DNA of 64,000 nucleotides from a virus: positions 47,729-111,728 of IMG/VR virus record IMGVR_UViG_3300046002_008717; one strand, written 5' to 3'. Shown in pieces: positions 47,318-57,019 of this stretch. The position numbers and the translations under genes are program-made. Position 1 is the stretch's first letter. Each line of letters starts with the position of its first letter. A model generated the notes under the pieces. That model was not told where the DNA came from. It searched no databases and saw only the letters and a program-made list of their open reading frames with translations.

Positions 47318-49792
47318 ATGAATAAGAATCCACAAATAAACAATCCAGTAGCTAAAAATTTATTAGATAGCTACAATTACGGTAAACTTTTTGAAAACGA
47401 ATTAGTCGATGCACTATTAAATAAAATAACTGCTAATGCTTTGGAGGTTTTCAAAATACTTATATTTGATATAGCACCAAAAAGGGATAGGAATCCAGAA
47501 GCTACCAGAGCCAAATTATCACTTATGGCTAATGCTAAAAATGTAAAAGAATTATCTTCTATATTAACTAATGATACTATGGATGTTGATGTGGTAAATT
47601 CTAAATATTCGGAAGCAAAAAGATTATATCAGCTTTCACTTGAGAAGTTTGCAGAAGCTTTAGAAAGAGGAGTAGAGATAAGTAAAGAAAAAGAAGAAGG
47701 CATACTCGCATACGCTAAGAATGCGGCACAAAAATTACAAAACTCATTTGACAATAGGGCTAAAGAATATCAAGCTGAATTGGATAGTAAAACACAGAAC
47801 AGCTCAGAAGAATCTTTCTATTTCAGTGACGATATCCTTAATGAAAATGGATTATTTACCGGATATAAAGGTAGAGTCGATTCATTGAGAAAAATGCTAG
47901 TAAATTTAATAAGCTCAGCTGAAGGTAAGGATGGTAAAAATGGGTATGGTAGAGATTGGAAGAGAACTTTTCTTGATCTTGATGAGAAAAGAAAAGCATT
48001 AGATAACGGAAGAGGCGGATTTGGTGAAAAGGACAAAAGATCACTAGATGAACTTGAAAAACAAGTAGATAAATTTAGACTTGATTTTTTAACTGCATCC
48101 AATAAATCTATAGATAATGATTTATTGAAAATTCAAAATGATGAGGAGATCAAAGGATCATATTCGGATGTTACTGATTTAACAACAGAGGCACTCGAAC
48201 TTAAAACTAGGGCTGATGCACAAAGAAATATTGCAATAGGCGAGATAGGTGATGACCATAAGACGAAGGAAGGTGATTTTATTAAAACCTTATTTCCGCT
48301 TAAAAGAGGTGATACCGATGCTGATGATAAAATAAAAGAAAGCGGATTAATAGCAGCTATACAAACAGCTATTGCTAATGGTATTAAATCAGCAGGTACT
48401 TTGTTGAGATCTAAAGGAGGTCCTAATGGTAAATATGGTCCTGCTACTACATCTATAATAGCCACTATACAAAAATCTGTAGGTAATAAGAATACTAATG
48501 GTAGTTTAGATCAAGCACTATTGGATGATATTATATCATCTGACTGGGTTTCTGAAAAAGATAAAGCAGCCATACAAAAATCTTTGGATATAATAAGAGG
48601 TAAAATGCACGAAAGTAATACTGGTGTTATGAAATTTGGTGATTTTCTTAATATAACTATAAACGAATCTAAGATAATAATAAACAATTCAGATTTCGAA
48701 AAGGAACTAGCAAACCAATATAAAGATATAACAGGTAATGATATGACACGTGCAGCTTCTAATAAAATAGGGGACAATGAGGGTGACGATATTACAGGAT
48801 CTGCAGGGAAAGAAGTAGATAAACTTGCTTCTTCTCTTAGAAAAAATTATAATTTAAAAGTTGAGGGTAGTGACTTTATCAGAAATGATGGATCATTAAA
48901 ACCTGCATATGATACTAAATTCATAAAAGCATGGAATTCAGCTTTAGCTGCTACCGCAGAAAACCCAAAAGATTATTCATATTTCTTTTTTAATAACGGT
49001 TTATATAATATCAATCTTGCTAGCACATCATTAAAGTTTCCTTGTAACTGGGAAAGATTTGAAAAACTGGATGAAAGTGATGATCCATTAGTATTTTTTA
49101 ATAACTATCTTAAAGGGTGGGCAACTTTTGGTATGATCAGACCAGCTGAAAGATATAACGGAATAAATTCCATATTGGGAATGAAGGATAAATTAAAATT
49201 GCCTGGAGTATACAATAAGATGGATTTAACTATAGTTAATAAGGTAACACCGTTTATAAAATTTGATGATTTAAAAGGTGGTATTAAAGAAGCATTCAGA
49301 ATACTTACCGATGATGATGATTGGGGAGGAAATGAATTTGTAGCATTTAATAATTTATTGGTTTCTGTTGCTAATGCTATATCATTTGATGGTGAAAAAT
49401 TTATAAGCTGTTTAAAATGGCTAAATGACGATGAGCTTAAATACAAAACAGAAAAAATAGCTAGTGATTCCATAATTACTAGTACATCCTCCGATACTGG
49501 TAAGGTCGTACTCGGTTTTGCTGGTAGCAAAATAATAAATAATACAGTAGCTTCGTACGAGAATATAGAAATAAAAAGAGGTTTAAAATCTCATAAGGAT
49601 GTTAGCAGTTTGGATCCATTTCTTAATTACGGAGGTAATAGGGGACAAAGAAAAGCATTATGTAAAAATTGTGAATATATTGGGTCCGAGATATATCCAG
49701 GAATCAAAGTACATTTACAAAGAATGAACATGGTGAAATTTTCAGATTTCCCTAATGACAGTAAAGGGTTTAAGTGTAAGGAGATTAAATAA
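47318..49792 (+). CDS. Large protein with a peptidoglycan-binding-like segment, possibly virion-internal
   Basis: PLKRGD...IQ.AI...NGKYGPATTSIIATIQ...NG resembles PG_binding_1; internal MKFGDFLNITINES motif. Confidence 0.55.
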   Translation: MNKNPQINNPVAKNLLDSYNYGKLFENELVDALLNKITANALEVFKILIFDIAPKRDRNPEATRAKLSLMANAKNVKELSSILTNDTMDVDVVNSKYSEAKRLYQLSLEKFAEALERGVEISKEKEEGILAYAKNAAQKLQNSFDNRAKEYQAELDSKTQNSSEESFYFSDDILNENGLFTGYKGRVDSLRKMLVNLISSAEGKDGKNGYGRDWKRTFLDLDEKRKALDNGRGGFGEKDKRSLDELEKQVDKFRLDFLTASNKSIDNDLLKIQNDEEIKGSYSDVTDLTTEALELKTRADAQRNIAIGEIGDDHKTKEGDFIKTLFPLKRGDTDADDKIKESGLIAAIQTAIANGIKSAGTLLRSKGGPNGKYGPATTSIIATIQKSVGNKNTNGSLDQALLDDIISSDWVSEKDKAAIQKSLDIIRGKMHESNTGVMKFGDFLNITINESKIIINNSDFEKELANQYKDITGNDMTRAASNKIGDNEGDDITGSAGKEVDKLASSLRKNYNLKVEGSDFIRNDGSLKPAYDTKFIKAWNSALAATAENPKDYSYFFFNNGLYNINLASTSLKFPCNWERFEKLDESDDPLVFFNNYLKGWATFGMIRPAERYNGINSILGMKDKLKLPGVYNKMDLTIVNKVTPFIKFDDLKGGIKEAFRILTDDDDWGGNEFVAFNNLLVSVANAISFDGEKFISCLKWLNDDELKYKTEKIASDSIITSTSSDTGKVVLGFAGSKIINNTVASYENIEIKRGLKSHKDVSSLDPFLNYGGNRGQRKALCKNCEYIGSEIYPGIKVHLQRMNMVKFSDFPNDSKGFKCKEIK

Positions 49793-49807
49793 ATATTAAT
49801 ATAGTTT

Positions 49808-49836
49808 AAAAAAGAGGACATCGTCCTCTTTTTTTT
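49808..49836 (+). terminator. Intrinsic terminator
   Basis: AAAAAAGAGGAC-ATC-GTCCTCTTTTTTTT. Confidence 0.85.
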
Positions 49837-49853
49837 GTGTATGGTGAAATAAA

Positions 49854-49861
49854 TATATTTG
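49854..49861 (+). promoter_or_regulatory. Putative host-type (TAnnTTTG) promoter element
   Basis: TATATTTG between a terminator and ATG 49873/49879. Confidence 0.55.
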
Positions 49862-49872
49862 TTAATACTATA

Positions 49873-50457
49873 ATGTATATGATTTATGTATTCGAAGGAC
49901 CAAGAAATTCGGGGAAAACTTATCTTTCCCAAAAAATATCGGAAAATATAGACGATTTGTCTAGATTTCAATTCGATTTTGTTAATTATTTCGATCTATT
50001 GAGATTAACAAGTAAGGATAATACCGAGGCCCATTCTTTTGCTATGGGTAAAGAACTCATGATTATGCAGATTGCCAGAGATTTGAACGGTAAAAATTGT
50101 ATAGGTAACTTTATACACGATAGAGGGATTCTAACTGTTCTTGCTTGGGGTTTATCTGAAAATAGAATAACCAAAGCGGAAGTAATTAGGCAAATTGAAT
50201 TTATAATAAAGAATGATTTATTATCAGACATTCATATTATTTATATTTGTGGAGATAATCCGGATACGCAGGATAGGAACAAGGATCAATGGGATTATGC
50301 TGACAATAACGATTTAGAAAAAAATGCATTCGAGTTTGTTATATCTAAATTTAATGAGATTAAACCTAATTGTATACAAAAATTCTATAATAACTTTAAA
50401 CCAGATTCTCTTGAAAAATTGGAAAATATTATAAGAGAACATATAAAAACAAATTAA
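49873..50457 (+). CDS. P-loop dNMP/thymidylate kinase-like protein
   Basis: FEGPRNSGKT Walker A and HDRG motif. Start probably 49873 or 49879 rather than the GTG at 49837. Confidence 0.75.
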   Translation: MYMIYVFEGPRNSGKTYLSQKISENIDDLSRFQFDFVNYFDLLRLTSKDNTEAHSFAMGKELMIMQIARDLNGKNCIGNFIHDRGILTVLAWGLSENRITKAEVIRQIEFIIKNDLLSDIHIIYICGDNPDTQDRNKDQWDYADNNDLEKNAFEFVISKFNEIKPNCIQKFYNNFKPDSLEKLENIIREHIKTN

Positions 50458-50460
50458 AAC

Positions 50461-51864
50461 ATGTGCGGAATTTTATTAACAACGGCAGTAAATAATAAGG
50501 ATGTCTTTGATTCTATTAAACATAGGGGTATAGAATCATCATCGGAAACATTCGGTAGTGTAACATTATGCCATCATAGATTACCCATACAAACTTCTGA
50601 TGGTGATGATTGGAGTCAACCCATAGAGATATCCGACGGTATTTATTTGATGTTTAATGGTGAGATATTTAATTATGATACTGAATTATTTTCATCTGAT
50701 ACAGAATATCTATGTAATCTGTTTTCTGGATATAGCAAAAATAGTTTAGAATTTTTTAGTGCTATGTATATCCCACATATTATAGGATGGGACGGGTTTT
50801 GGGCAATTGTAATATACGATACGAAAACTCAGGATGTTTTAGCATTTACCGATCCTCTTGGAAAGAAATGTTTATATAAAAATGAGCTAGGCGAGATATG
50901 TTCAGAGATAAAAGGTTTATATACACCAAAATCTATTATGGACGAAAAATATATTAGTGTAATTAGAAAATGGGGATATAATAAGGATAACAGAACACCA
51001 TATGAAAATATAAAAAGATTATTACCTAATAACATATATTCGTATAATATGGCATCGCCTATGTTTGATCATATATATTATGAATATTACGTAGTTTGGA
51101 ATTCGCCTATACCTGAATTAGTTAATGCTGATTACGAAACCCATATGAATTGGCTTTGGGATAAGATGGTAGAAAGCGTAGAAAATAGATTGGTTTCTAA
51201 AAATTACCCAATTTCAATTTTAGTATCAGGAGGACTCGATTCATCTATAATAGCTGCTATACTTAAGGGTAATAATTCAGACGTAACTTGGTTTAGTATA
51301 GAGAACGGAGAGACCCCATTTATTAATGATTTAAGCGCTTATTTAGACACACCCGTAAAATTTCTAAGCTATTCTATGGATAGTAGTAAAAATGCTCTTA
51401 TATATGCTAAATGGAATGAAAGCCCGATTGATTTGGGATCTGTCATACCGCAATACCATTTATTTGAAGCTATTCGTAAACATAGTGATTTTAGAATAGT
51501 TATTAGCGGAGATGGAGCAGATGAATTATTTGGTGGGTATTCGAGGATACATGAATACGATTCACAAAAATCAGATATATTTGAAGAATTAACATTTTAT
51601 CATTTACCTAGACTTGATAAGATGTCAATGGCTCATACCTTGGAATTAAGATCACCTTTTCTTAATTTGGATATAGTTAGATTTGCTATGCATCTTCCTA
51701 TAGAATGGAGAACCGATAAAAAGATATTGAAAGATACATTCGAGTCTATATTACCCGCTTCTATTTTGGACAGGAAAAAAGAAGCTTTAAAGAATCCGGA
51801 GATAAAGGATGATAAATTAGCATACAGACAAAAAGCAATAGAACTCTTTTTATCCAGAGCATAA
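50461..51864 (+). CDS. Asparagine synthase (AsnB)-like glutamine amidotransferase
   Basis: MCGI Ntn N-terminus, HRG, HHRL, FNGEIFN, SDTE, SGGLDSS, SGDGADELFGGY, ELRSPFL. Confidence 0.9.
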   Translation: MCGILLTTAVNNKDVFDSIKHRGIESSSETFGSVTLCHHRLPIQTSDGDDWSQPIEISDGIYLMFNGEIFNYDTELFSSDTEYLCNLFSGYSKNSLEFFSAMYIPHIIGWDGFWAIVIYDTKTQDVLAFTDPLGKKCLYKNELGEICSEIKGLYTPKSIMDEKYISVIRKWGYNKDNRTPYENIKRLLPNNIYSYNMASPMFDHIYYEYYVVWNSPIPELVNADYETHMNWLWDKMVESVENRLVSKNYPISILVSGGLDSSIIAAILKGNNSDVTWFSIENGETPFINDLSAYLDTPVKFLSYSMDSSKNALIYAKWNESPIDLGSVIPQYHLFEAIRKHSDFRIVISGDGADELFGGYSRIHEYDSQKSDIFEELTFYHLPRLDKMSMAHTLELRSPFLNLDIVRFAMHLPIEWRTDKKILKDTFESILPASILDRKKEALKNPEIKDDKLAYRQKAIELFLSRA

Positions 51865-51881
51865 TATTTCTATTTTAGTTA

Positions 51882-51889
51882 GATATATA
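51882..51889 (+). promoter_or_regulatory. Putative late promoter GATATATA
   Basis: Upstream of ATG 51909. Confidence 0.7.
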
Positions 51890-51908
51890 GCTTAAATAAA
51901 CTATAGAA

Positions 51909-52526
51909 ATGACAAAATTGGATACATTCGAAACTTTTTCATACAATAGAGAAGCGATCGATGAGGATTTTAATGTACTTGACCTATTAGGAAAAGCATT
52001 TTCTACATTGGGCGAAGGTGTAATAAAAACTATAAAGCAAAAATTCCTAGCATACATATTAGAAAAATTTGGCATAAAAGAGGAATCAATTATGTCAACT
52101 ATGTTACAGCAAGCATTTGACTCTATACCACTTGCAGATTGGCCATCCATAATATCAGGAGATGATATTAATCTTGAATATTTTGCTCCTGTATTAGCAG
52201 CATCTATACAAGGAACGATAGAAAGAAAAGGATTTGATGGAATTGCAACATCGATAGGTATAGAACCTAGAGGATTAATATATACAACACTTGTTAATTC
52301 ATTAGTTGGCGAATTGGGCAAAAAGAAAATAGAAAAAGCTATAATGGTTGCATTTAGTGATATATCTAAAGGTGCAAAAATAATGGATAAATTACCACCA
52401 GAGGACAAAGATGCAGTAAGTAGTGCGGTAAAGGATCAAATATCAAAAACATCGGGAGCAAACGTTAAATCAGATCAACCTGATATGATTTCTAATTTTT
52501 TGAGCGGATTTACTAAAAGTTCTTAA
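51909..52526 (+). CDS. Hypothetical protein, possibly virion-packaged
   Basis: MTKLDTFETF...IDE N-terminus; late promoter. Confidence 0.65.
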   Translation: MTKLDTFETFSYNREAIDEDFNVLDLLGKAFSTLGEGVIKTIKQKFLAYILEKFGIKEESIMSTMLQQAFDSIPLADWPSIISGDDINLEYFAPVLAASIQGTIERKGFDGIATSIGIEPRGLIYTTLVNSLVGELGKKKIEKAIMVAFSDISKGAKIMDKLPPEDKDAVSSAVKDQISKTSGANVKSDQPDMISNFLSGFTKSS

Positions 52527-52548
52527 TAAATAAAATAAATAGATTACT

Positions 52549-52860
52549 ATGAATCAACACGATGTAGCAAAAAGAGAATTATTAGATTATAGTGAATTTT
52601 TAAAAAAAGTTCACGATGATACATATAAACCATTTTCAGCAGAAAATCAAACAGACCAATCAGAAAAAACTGGTTTATCGAAAATAAAAAGAGAACAAGC
52701 ATACGACTTTGTTGGATACGCAGATTCTGTATTTGCTGGTAAATCAAAAATCGATACACCTGCATTAGTAGTACCCGGAGACAGTGGTACTGTATTCGAT
52801 ATGGATACTAATGAAAGCAAAGTAGAATTGGAGTTCATAAAGAAATTAGAAGAATTCTAA
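52549..52860 (+). CDS. Small hypothetical protein, possibly virion-packaged
   Basis: LLDYSEFLK near the N-terminus and NES...IKKLEEF at the C-terminus. Confidence 0.65.
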   Translation: MNQHDVAKRELLDYSEFLKKVHDDTYKPFSAENQTDQSEKTGLSKIKREQAYDFVGYADSVFAGKSKIDTPALVVPGDSGTVFDMDTNESKVELEFIKKLEEF

Positions 52861-52877
52861 AAAAATATAATATACAT

Positions 52878-52907
52878 AAAAAAAGAGAGCATATGCTCTC
52901 TTTTTTT
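52878..52907. terminator. Bidirectional terminator (30-bp perfect palindrome)
   Basis: AAAAAAAGAGAGCATATGCTCTCTTTTTTT between convergent genes. Confidence 0.85.
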
Positions 52908-53625
52908 ATGTTACTGATTCTATAAATTTTTCTTTTGCTAATTTATAAATTTCTGAATGCTCATCAAAATTTTCATAAATTTCTATTACGTGTAAATCAG
53001 GGGATATATTTTCTTCTTTAAAATTTTCTAGTAATTCGTGATATATGAATTCGTAGCATAAAGAGAATCTTTGATTTTTTGAATTGATTTTTTTGAGTAT
53101 ACATATACTCTTATCACCATTCGTTGTTTTTAGCGTCATTGATCCCTGCCAATAATACGATATGATTCCATCTGTTATCATATTTCTGATAATTAGTATA
53201 CCCGAATTACTTTTAATCGTATTCTCGTTACTTTTTGGTGGGGGTATTCTAAATATCTTTATTTTTTCTTCTTCCGTTTTAAGTATTTCCAAAAAGATCT
53301 CTGAATATCTATAAAGTGTTTCTAATGATGATTCAATAGTATCAATTACTGTTGATTTATCGTTATTACTTAACATATTAAAATTGAAATTTTTAATATA
53401 TTTTTTATCCTTAATTGTTAAACCTGGCTCATCAATATTTAATGATTTGTGTTTCTTGAAATAATTTAGGGATCTTATTATTTTTGATACAGATTTTAAT
53501 ATCGAATAGCAATTTTCGGGTTTTAAATTTTTACTTATATGCTTTAGATAATTTAGAAGTATATATTCTTTATGTTCTTGATCGAATGGTTCTTCTATAA
53601 ACCATGTATGATTTATCTTTTTCAT
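52906..53625 (-). CDS. Hypothetical protein
   Basis: 239-aa minus-strand ORF (WFIEEPFDQEHKEYILLNYL), preceded by the GGTATATATATACC palindrome at 53643-53656. Confidence 0.75.
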   Translation of the reverse strand: MKKINHTWFIEEPFDQEHKEYILLNYLKHISKNLKPENCYSILKSVSKIIRSLNYFKKHKSLNIDEPGLTIKDKKYIKNFNFNMLSNNDKSTVIDTIESSLETLYRYSEIFLEILKTEEEKIKIFRIPPPKSNENTIKSNSGILIIRNMITDGIISYYWQGSMTLKTTNGDKSICILKKINSKNQRFSLCYEFIYHELLENFKEENISPDLHVIEIYENFDEHSEIYKLAKEKFIESVT

Positions 53626-53676
53626 TTTGTATTTTTAATAATGGTATATATATACCTACAATCAAAAAATTAAAGT

Positions 53677-53684
53677 GATATATA
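53677..53684 (+). promoter_or_regulatory. Putative late promoter GATATATA
   Basis: Upstream of ATG 53704. Confidence 0.7.
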
Positions 53685-53703
53685 ATAAAAATAAACTTAG
53701 ATA

Positions 53704-54135
53704 ATGAATAAGATATATGACTATTTAGCATTTAATGATTCAAAGAATCCTTCAAATACTGGAGATTATACTTTTGGTATGGAAGTAAAATATGTTGATA
53801 TAGATATACATAATAAACCTGAAGAATATACAGATATAAATGATGCTAAAGCTTTTATACAATATACTGTAAATTTCATAATAAAAAAAGCTGGAATAGA
53901 TTCTATAGATTTTGTGATTAATTCAATCGAATTTGAATTTGAAGTTGACGATTCACCAAATGCTCCCAAAGAATTTGATATGGACTTAGTTCCAGGAAAA
54001 ACTATAGATTTTGGACAGATCCAAATAGAAAAGGGTGATTCGTGTATACCTACATATCCTACCAAATTGGAAATAGATATGAATAAATCTACAGAGCCTA
54101 GCAATTTTGATGTCATTGTGCATTTTAATAAATAA
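53704..54135 (+). CDS. Hypothetical beta-rich protein
   Basis: 143-aa ORF, N-terminus MNKIYDYLAFNDS. Confidence 0.7.
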   Translation: MNKIYDYLAFNDSKNPSNTGDYTFGMEVKYVDIDIHNKPEEYTDINDAKAFIQYTVNFIIKKAGIDSIDFVINSIEFEFEVDDSPNAPKEFDMDLVPGKTIDFGQIQIEKGDSCIPTYPTKLEIDMNKSTEPSNFDVIVHFNK

Positions 54136-54148
54136 AAATTAAATAAAA

Positions 54149-55102
54149 ATGAAGATTTTAAAGTTTCCAAATTTTATAATGAACGAAAGTGCACCTCTAA
54201 TATATGATGAAATTACGGGAGTTAAAAAAGTAATGGGCGATTTATATGAAATTACTGCGGAGGATTTTATAGATTCTGAGGGAACACCACCATTCGGTGT
54301 AATATTAGTAACTAAGGATATACAGAAAAGTATATGTCTAAGTTTCTTTGATTTTAAGGGTAAGCAAAAAACTGAGTTATGGATACCAAAGGAGGCTATA
54401 GATATAGAGAAAAAACAAAACGATTATATCATTACAATAGATCCTGATAAAGAATGGTTTTCTAAAGATGCTAATATGAACTTAGTTGATGATTTTATAG
54501 AGGATCTATATGATTGCAAGATGCGTGATAAGTTATATGATTCATCTGCAATAAATACAGTAAAAGAGGACGTTATTAGCATAATGGATATACTTGATAT
54601 AGAATGCAATATAAGGGATATAAAAAAGATATCAGATAATAATGAATACGAGGTAACTTTAGATAATGATATTTTCATAGAGATAAAAAAAAGAAATTCT
54701 AATGATCTTATTGGAGAATTTAAATTTTATGTTACTGAATCATCTTCCCATCCGTCATTTGAAATAAAAAGTATGTCTGATAAGATACTATTATCTTTTT
54801 ATCTTGATGATGCCTATACAACTGAGGAGGAATCGGATATAAGCAATATAAATAAAGATCCCAAATTAAATTATCTTCTAAAAAAATCATTAAATCTTTC
54901 TACCAATACGGACAAGGAAAGACTTTATGATTACTTCTGTGATTATATCAAATCTAACAATTGGGTACATAATAATGAAATTGATGCTAAAACAGAGGCT
55001 TTATATAAGGAAAGATCTAAAAAACTGAAAGAATTGAAAAAAATCATATCCAGTTTTGTATCTAGCGAAAAAATAGAAAAAGTATATCCTAGTAATATTT
55101 AA
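54149..55102 (+). CDS. Hypothetical protein, possibly virion-packaged
   Basis: N-terminus MKILKFPNFIMNES. Confidence 0.7.
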   Translation: MKILKFPNFIMNESAPLIYDEITGVKKVMGDLYEITAEDFIDSEGTPPFGVILVTKDIQKSICLSFFDFKGKQKTELWIPKEAIDIEKKQNDYIITIDPDKEWFSKDANMNLVDDFIEDLYDCKMRDKLYDSSAINTVKEDVISIMDILDIECNIRDIKKISDNNEYEVTLDNDIFIEIKKRNSNDLIGEFKFYVTESSSHPSFEIKSMSDKILLSFYLDDAYTTEEESDISNINKDPKLNYLLKKSLNLSTNTDKERLYDYFCDYIKSNNWVHNNEIDAKTEALYKERSKKLKELKKIISSFVSSEKIEKVYPSNI

Positions 55103-55187
55103 ATATTTAATGAAACAAAACACCTATTGTTATTCTATAAAAGAGTAACGAGATGGTGTTTTTACTTTCTTATATATTATTAATCTA

Positions 55188-55829
55188 ATGTGGAAAATAA
55201 AAAACATATTCTCTTTTAATCCATTAAAAACCAAAAATAAAGCTATGAATCCTGATACTGCAATGTCTCCAGAAGAAAAAATAGAACTAGAAACTAAATA
55301 TAAAGCTATGGAATTCCAATGGATCAAGGGTGATGATCAGGGAATGACTGAAACTTTTTATGAATTGATAATTAATGATGAAGATGTTTTTTTATCCTTT
55401 AATAGCGGTAAAAGAATGAATTCTGATTTATTAACTGAATATATGATATATTATCCGCTACCTATAAATATAGAAAGTGTAGACCAGATTCAATATTCTA
55501 GACCTACTAATGTTACTTCTGTTGTAATTTCAGAGAAACCGAATCCAGTAGAATCCCCGATATATAAATTACTGAAAAAACAAAAAAAGAACCAAGTTGA
55601 TGTTTCCATCAAATTAAAATTGAATTTACCATCTAAGGATCTTTATAATATATTAGCATCTTCATTTGATGATGCAGAAAAAGAAATAATAGATTTCGTT
55701 TTATCCGATATTGATATTGATGATATCAAAGCTGCACTAGCCGAATCGATCAAGAAATCATATTATATTAATGATAAGACTGAAGCAAAAGCTCCTGTTG
55801 TTAAAAAAGAAAAAATTAAAGATGTATAA
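55188..55829 (+). CDS. Hypothetical protein
   Basis: 213-aa ORF; a GAAAC...TATAAA motif (19-nt spacer) lies upstream at 55112. Confidence 0.7.
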   Translation: MWKIKNIFSFNPLKTKNKAMNPDTAMSPEEKIELETKYKAMEFQWIKGDDQGMTETFYELIINDEDVFLSFNSGKRMNSDLLTEYMIYYPLPINIESVDQIQYSRPTNVTSVVISEKPNPVESPIYKLLKKQKKNQVDVSIKLKLNLPSKDLYNILASSFDDAEKEIIDFVLSDIDIDDIKAALAESIKKSYYINDKTEAKAPVVKKEKIKDV

Positions 55830-56400
55830 AGATAAAATTGTAACAGAAACCCCTAAATTTAATTTAATAGAAAGGGAAAATAAAATGGGAATAGTTTCTA
55901 CTGTTGAAACAGTAATGTTATTGCCTTTTATTAGCGATGATAAAGGTTTGCCATTAATGATTGGGGTTTTAAGAGAAAGAAATTTTTTTAGAGAAGGCGG
56001 ATATGCACAAAGTTTAATAACAGGAACTTGCGAGGATAATGATGATTATTTAAAAACCGCTAAGAGAGAATTAAAAGAGGAATCTGGTTATGATGTAGAT
56101 GACAACGATAAGTGGTATTTCTTAGGTACTGTAACTGGTAATAAATTCGTAGATAAGGAATATTCATGTTTCGGTATAGATGTTACCGGTATAGAGCCAA
56201 GTAAACCTATTACTGATGGTTCTGAGCAAGAAGAAGCATCAAAATTTCATTTTATTGCTGCTAATGATGTAGTTAAAGCTAAGGATGTATTTATACCTGC
56301 ACTATTCCTTAAATTGTTTAAATTTGTAGTCGGCATGGATTTATACAATAGAGACGATTCAACCTTTGGCAAAGAAAAAGGATTTACTGGAGAAATTTAA
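55822..56400 (+). CDS. Nudix hydrolase
   Basis: Nudix-box-like GTCEDNDDYLKTAKRELKEESGY. Start ATG 55822 overlaps the upstream stop region. Confidence 0.85.
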   Translation: MYKDKIVTETPKFNLIERENKMGIVSTVETVMLLPFISDDKGLPLMIGVLRERNFFREGGYAQSLITGTCEDNDDYLKTAKRELKEESGYDVDDNDKWYFLGTVTGNKFVDKEYSCFGIDVTGIEPSKPITDGSEQEEASKFHFIAANDVVKAKDVFIPALFLKLFKFVVGMDLYNRDDSTFGKEKGFTGEI

Positions 56401-56412
56401 TTTTTAATAGAT

Positions 56413-56688
56413 ATGAGCAATAGAAAAGAAAGAAGATTGATGCTTAAGCAATTAGGTATTTTAAATCTTAATAAAAAAAAACCAAGCGATGTTGGTGCTA
56501 ATATAGAAAAGGGTAAAAATTTGCATCGTCAATATTTACAGAATGTAAAGAATGAGGATAATAGAAAAAATTCAGTAGAAAATACAGACAATGCTTCATT
56601 TTTTAGCGAAAATATTGATGATAAATATTCATCTTTTCAATCATTGTTAATGAAAAAAAATTGGGACGAACCCGAATCCAATACCTAG
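56413..56688 (+). CDS. Small basic hypothetical protein
   Basis: MSNRKERR N-terminus. Confidence 0.65.
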   Translation: MSNRKERRLMLKQLGILNLNKKKPSDVGANIEKGKNLHRQYLQNVKNEDNRKNSVENTDNASFFSENIDDKYSSFQSLLMKKNWDEPESNT

Positions 56689-56689
56689 A

Positions 56690-57019
56690 ATGGAGAAAGT
56701 AATTAAAGTAATTTTTTATTTATCTAAATATTCGCCGAAAGAATCTAAAAAAAGATCTCCGGTCGGATCAGATTTTTATATAGTTGATATAACTAAGTTA
56801 ATAAAGGATCTAGGATATGAATTAGATAATTTAACTAATGAATCTGAGTTCATTATTAACTATACTATTCGAAAGAAAATTACGCAAGGAATATATAGTA
56901 CAAAGAGTGATGGTATACTCGTGTGCTATAAAAGTTTAAATGATGATTTTGTTGAAAATCTTGAAGATTTTCTTGACGAATCAGAAACTACAATAGAGTA
57001 TACTATTCATAATCTATAA
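56690..57019 (+). CDS. Hypothetical protein
   Basis: 109-aa ORF coupled to the upstream gene. Confidence 0.65.
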   Translation: MEKVIKVIFYLSKYSPKESKKRSPVGSDFYIVDITKLIKDLGYELDNLTNESEFIINYTIRKKITQGIYSTKSDGILVCYKSLNDDFVENLEDFLDESETTIEYTIHNL

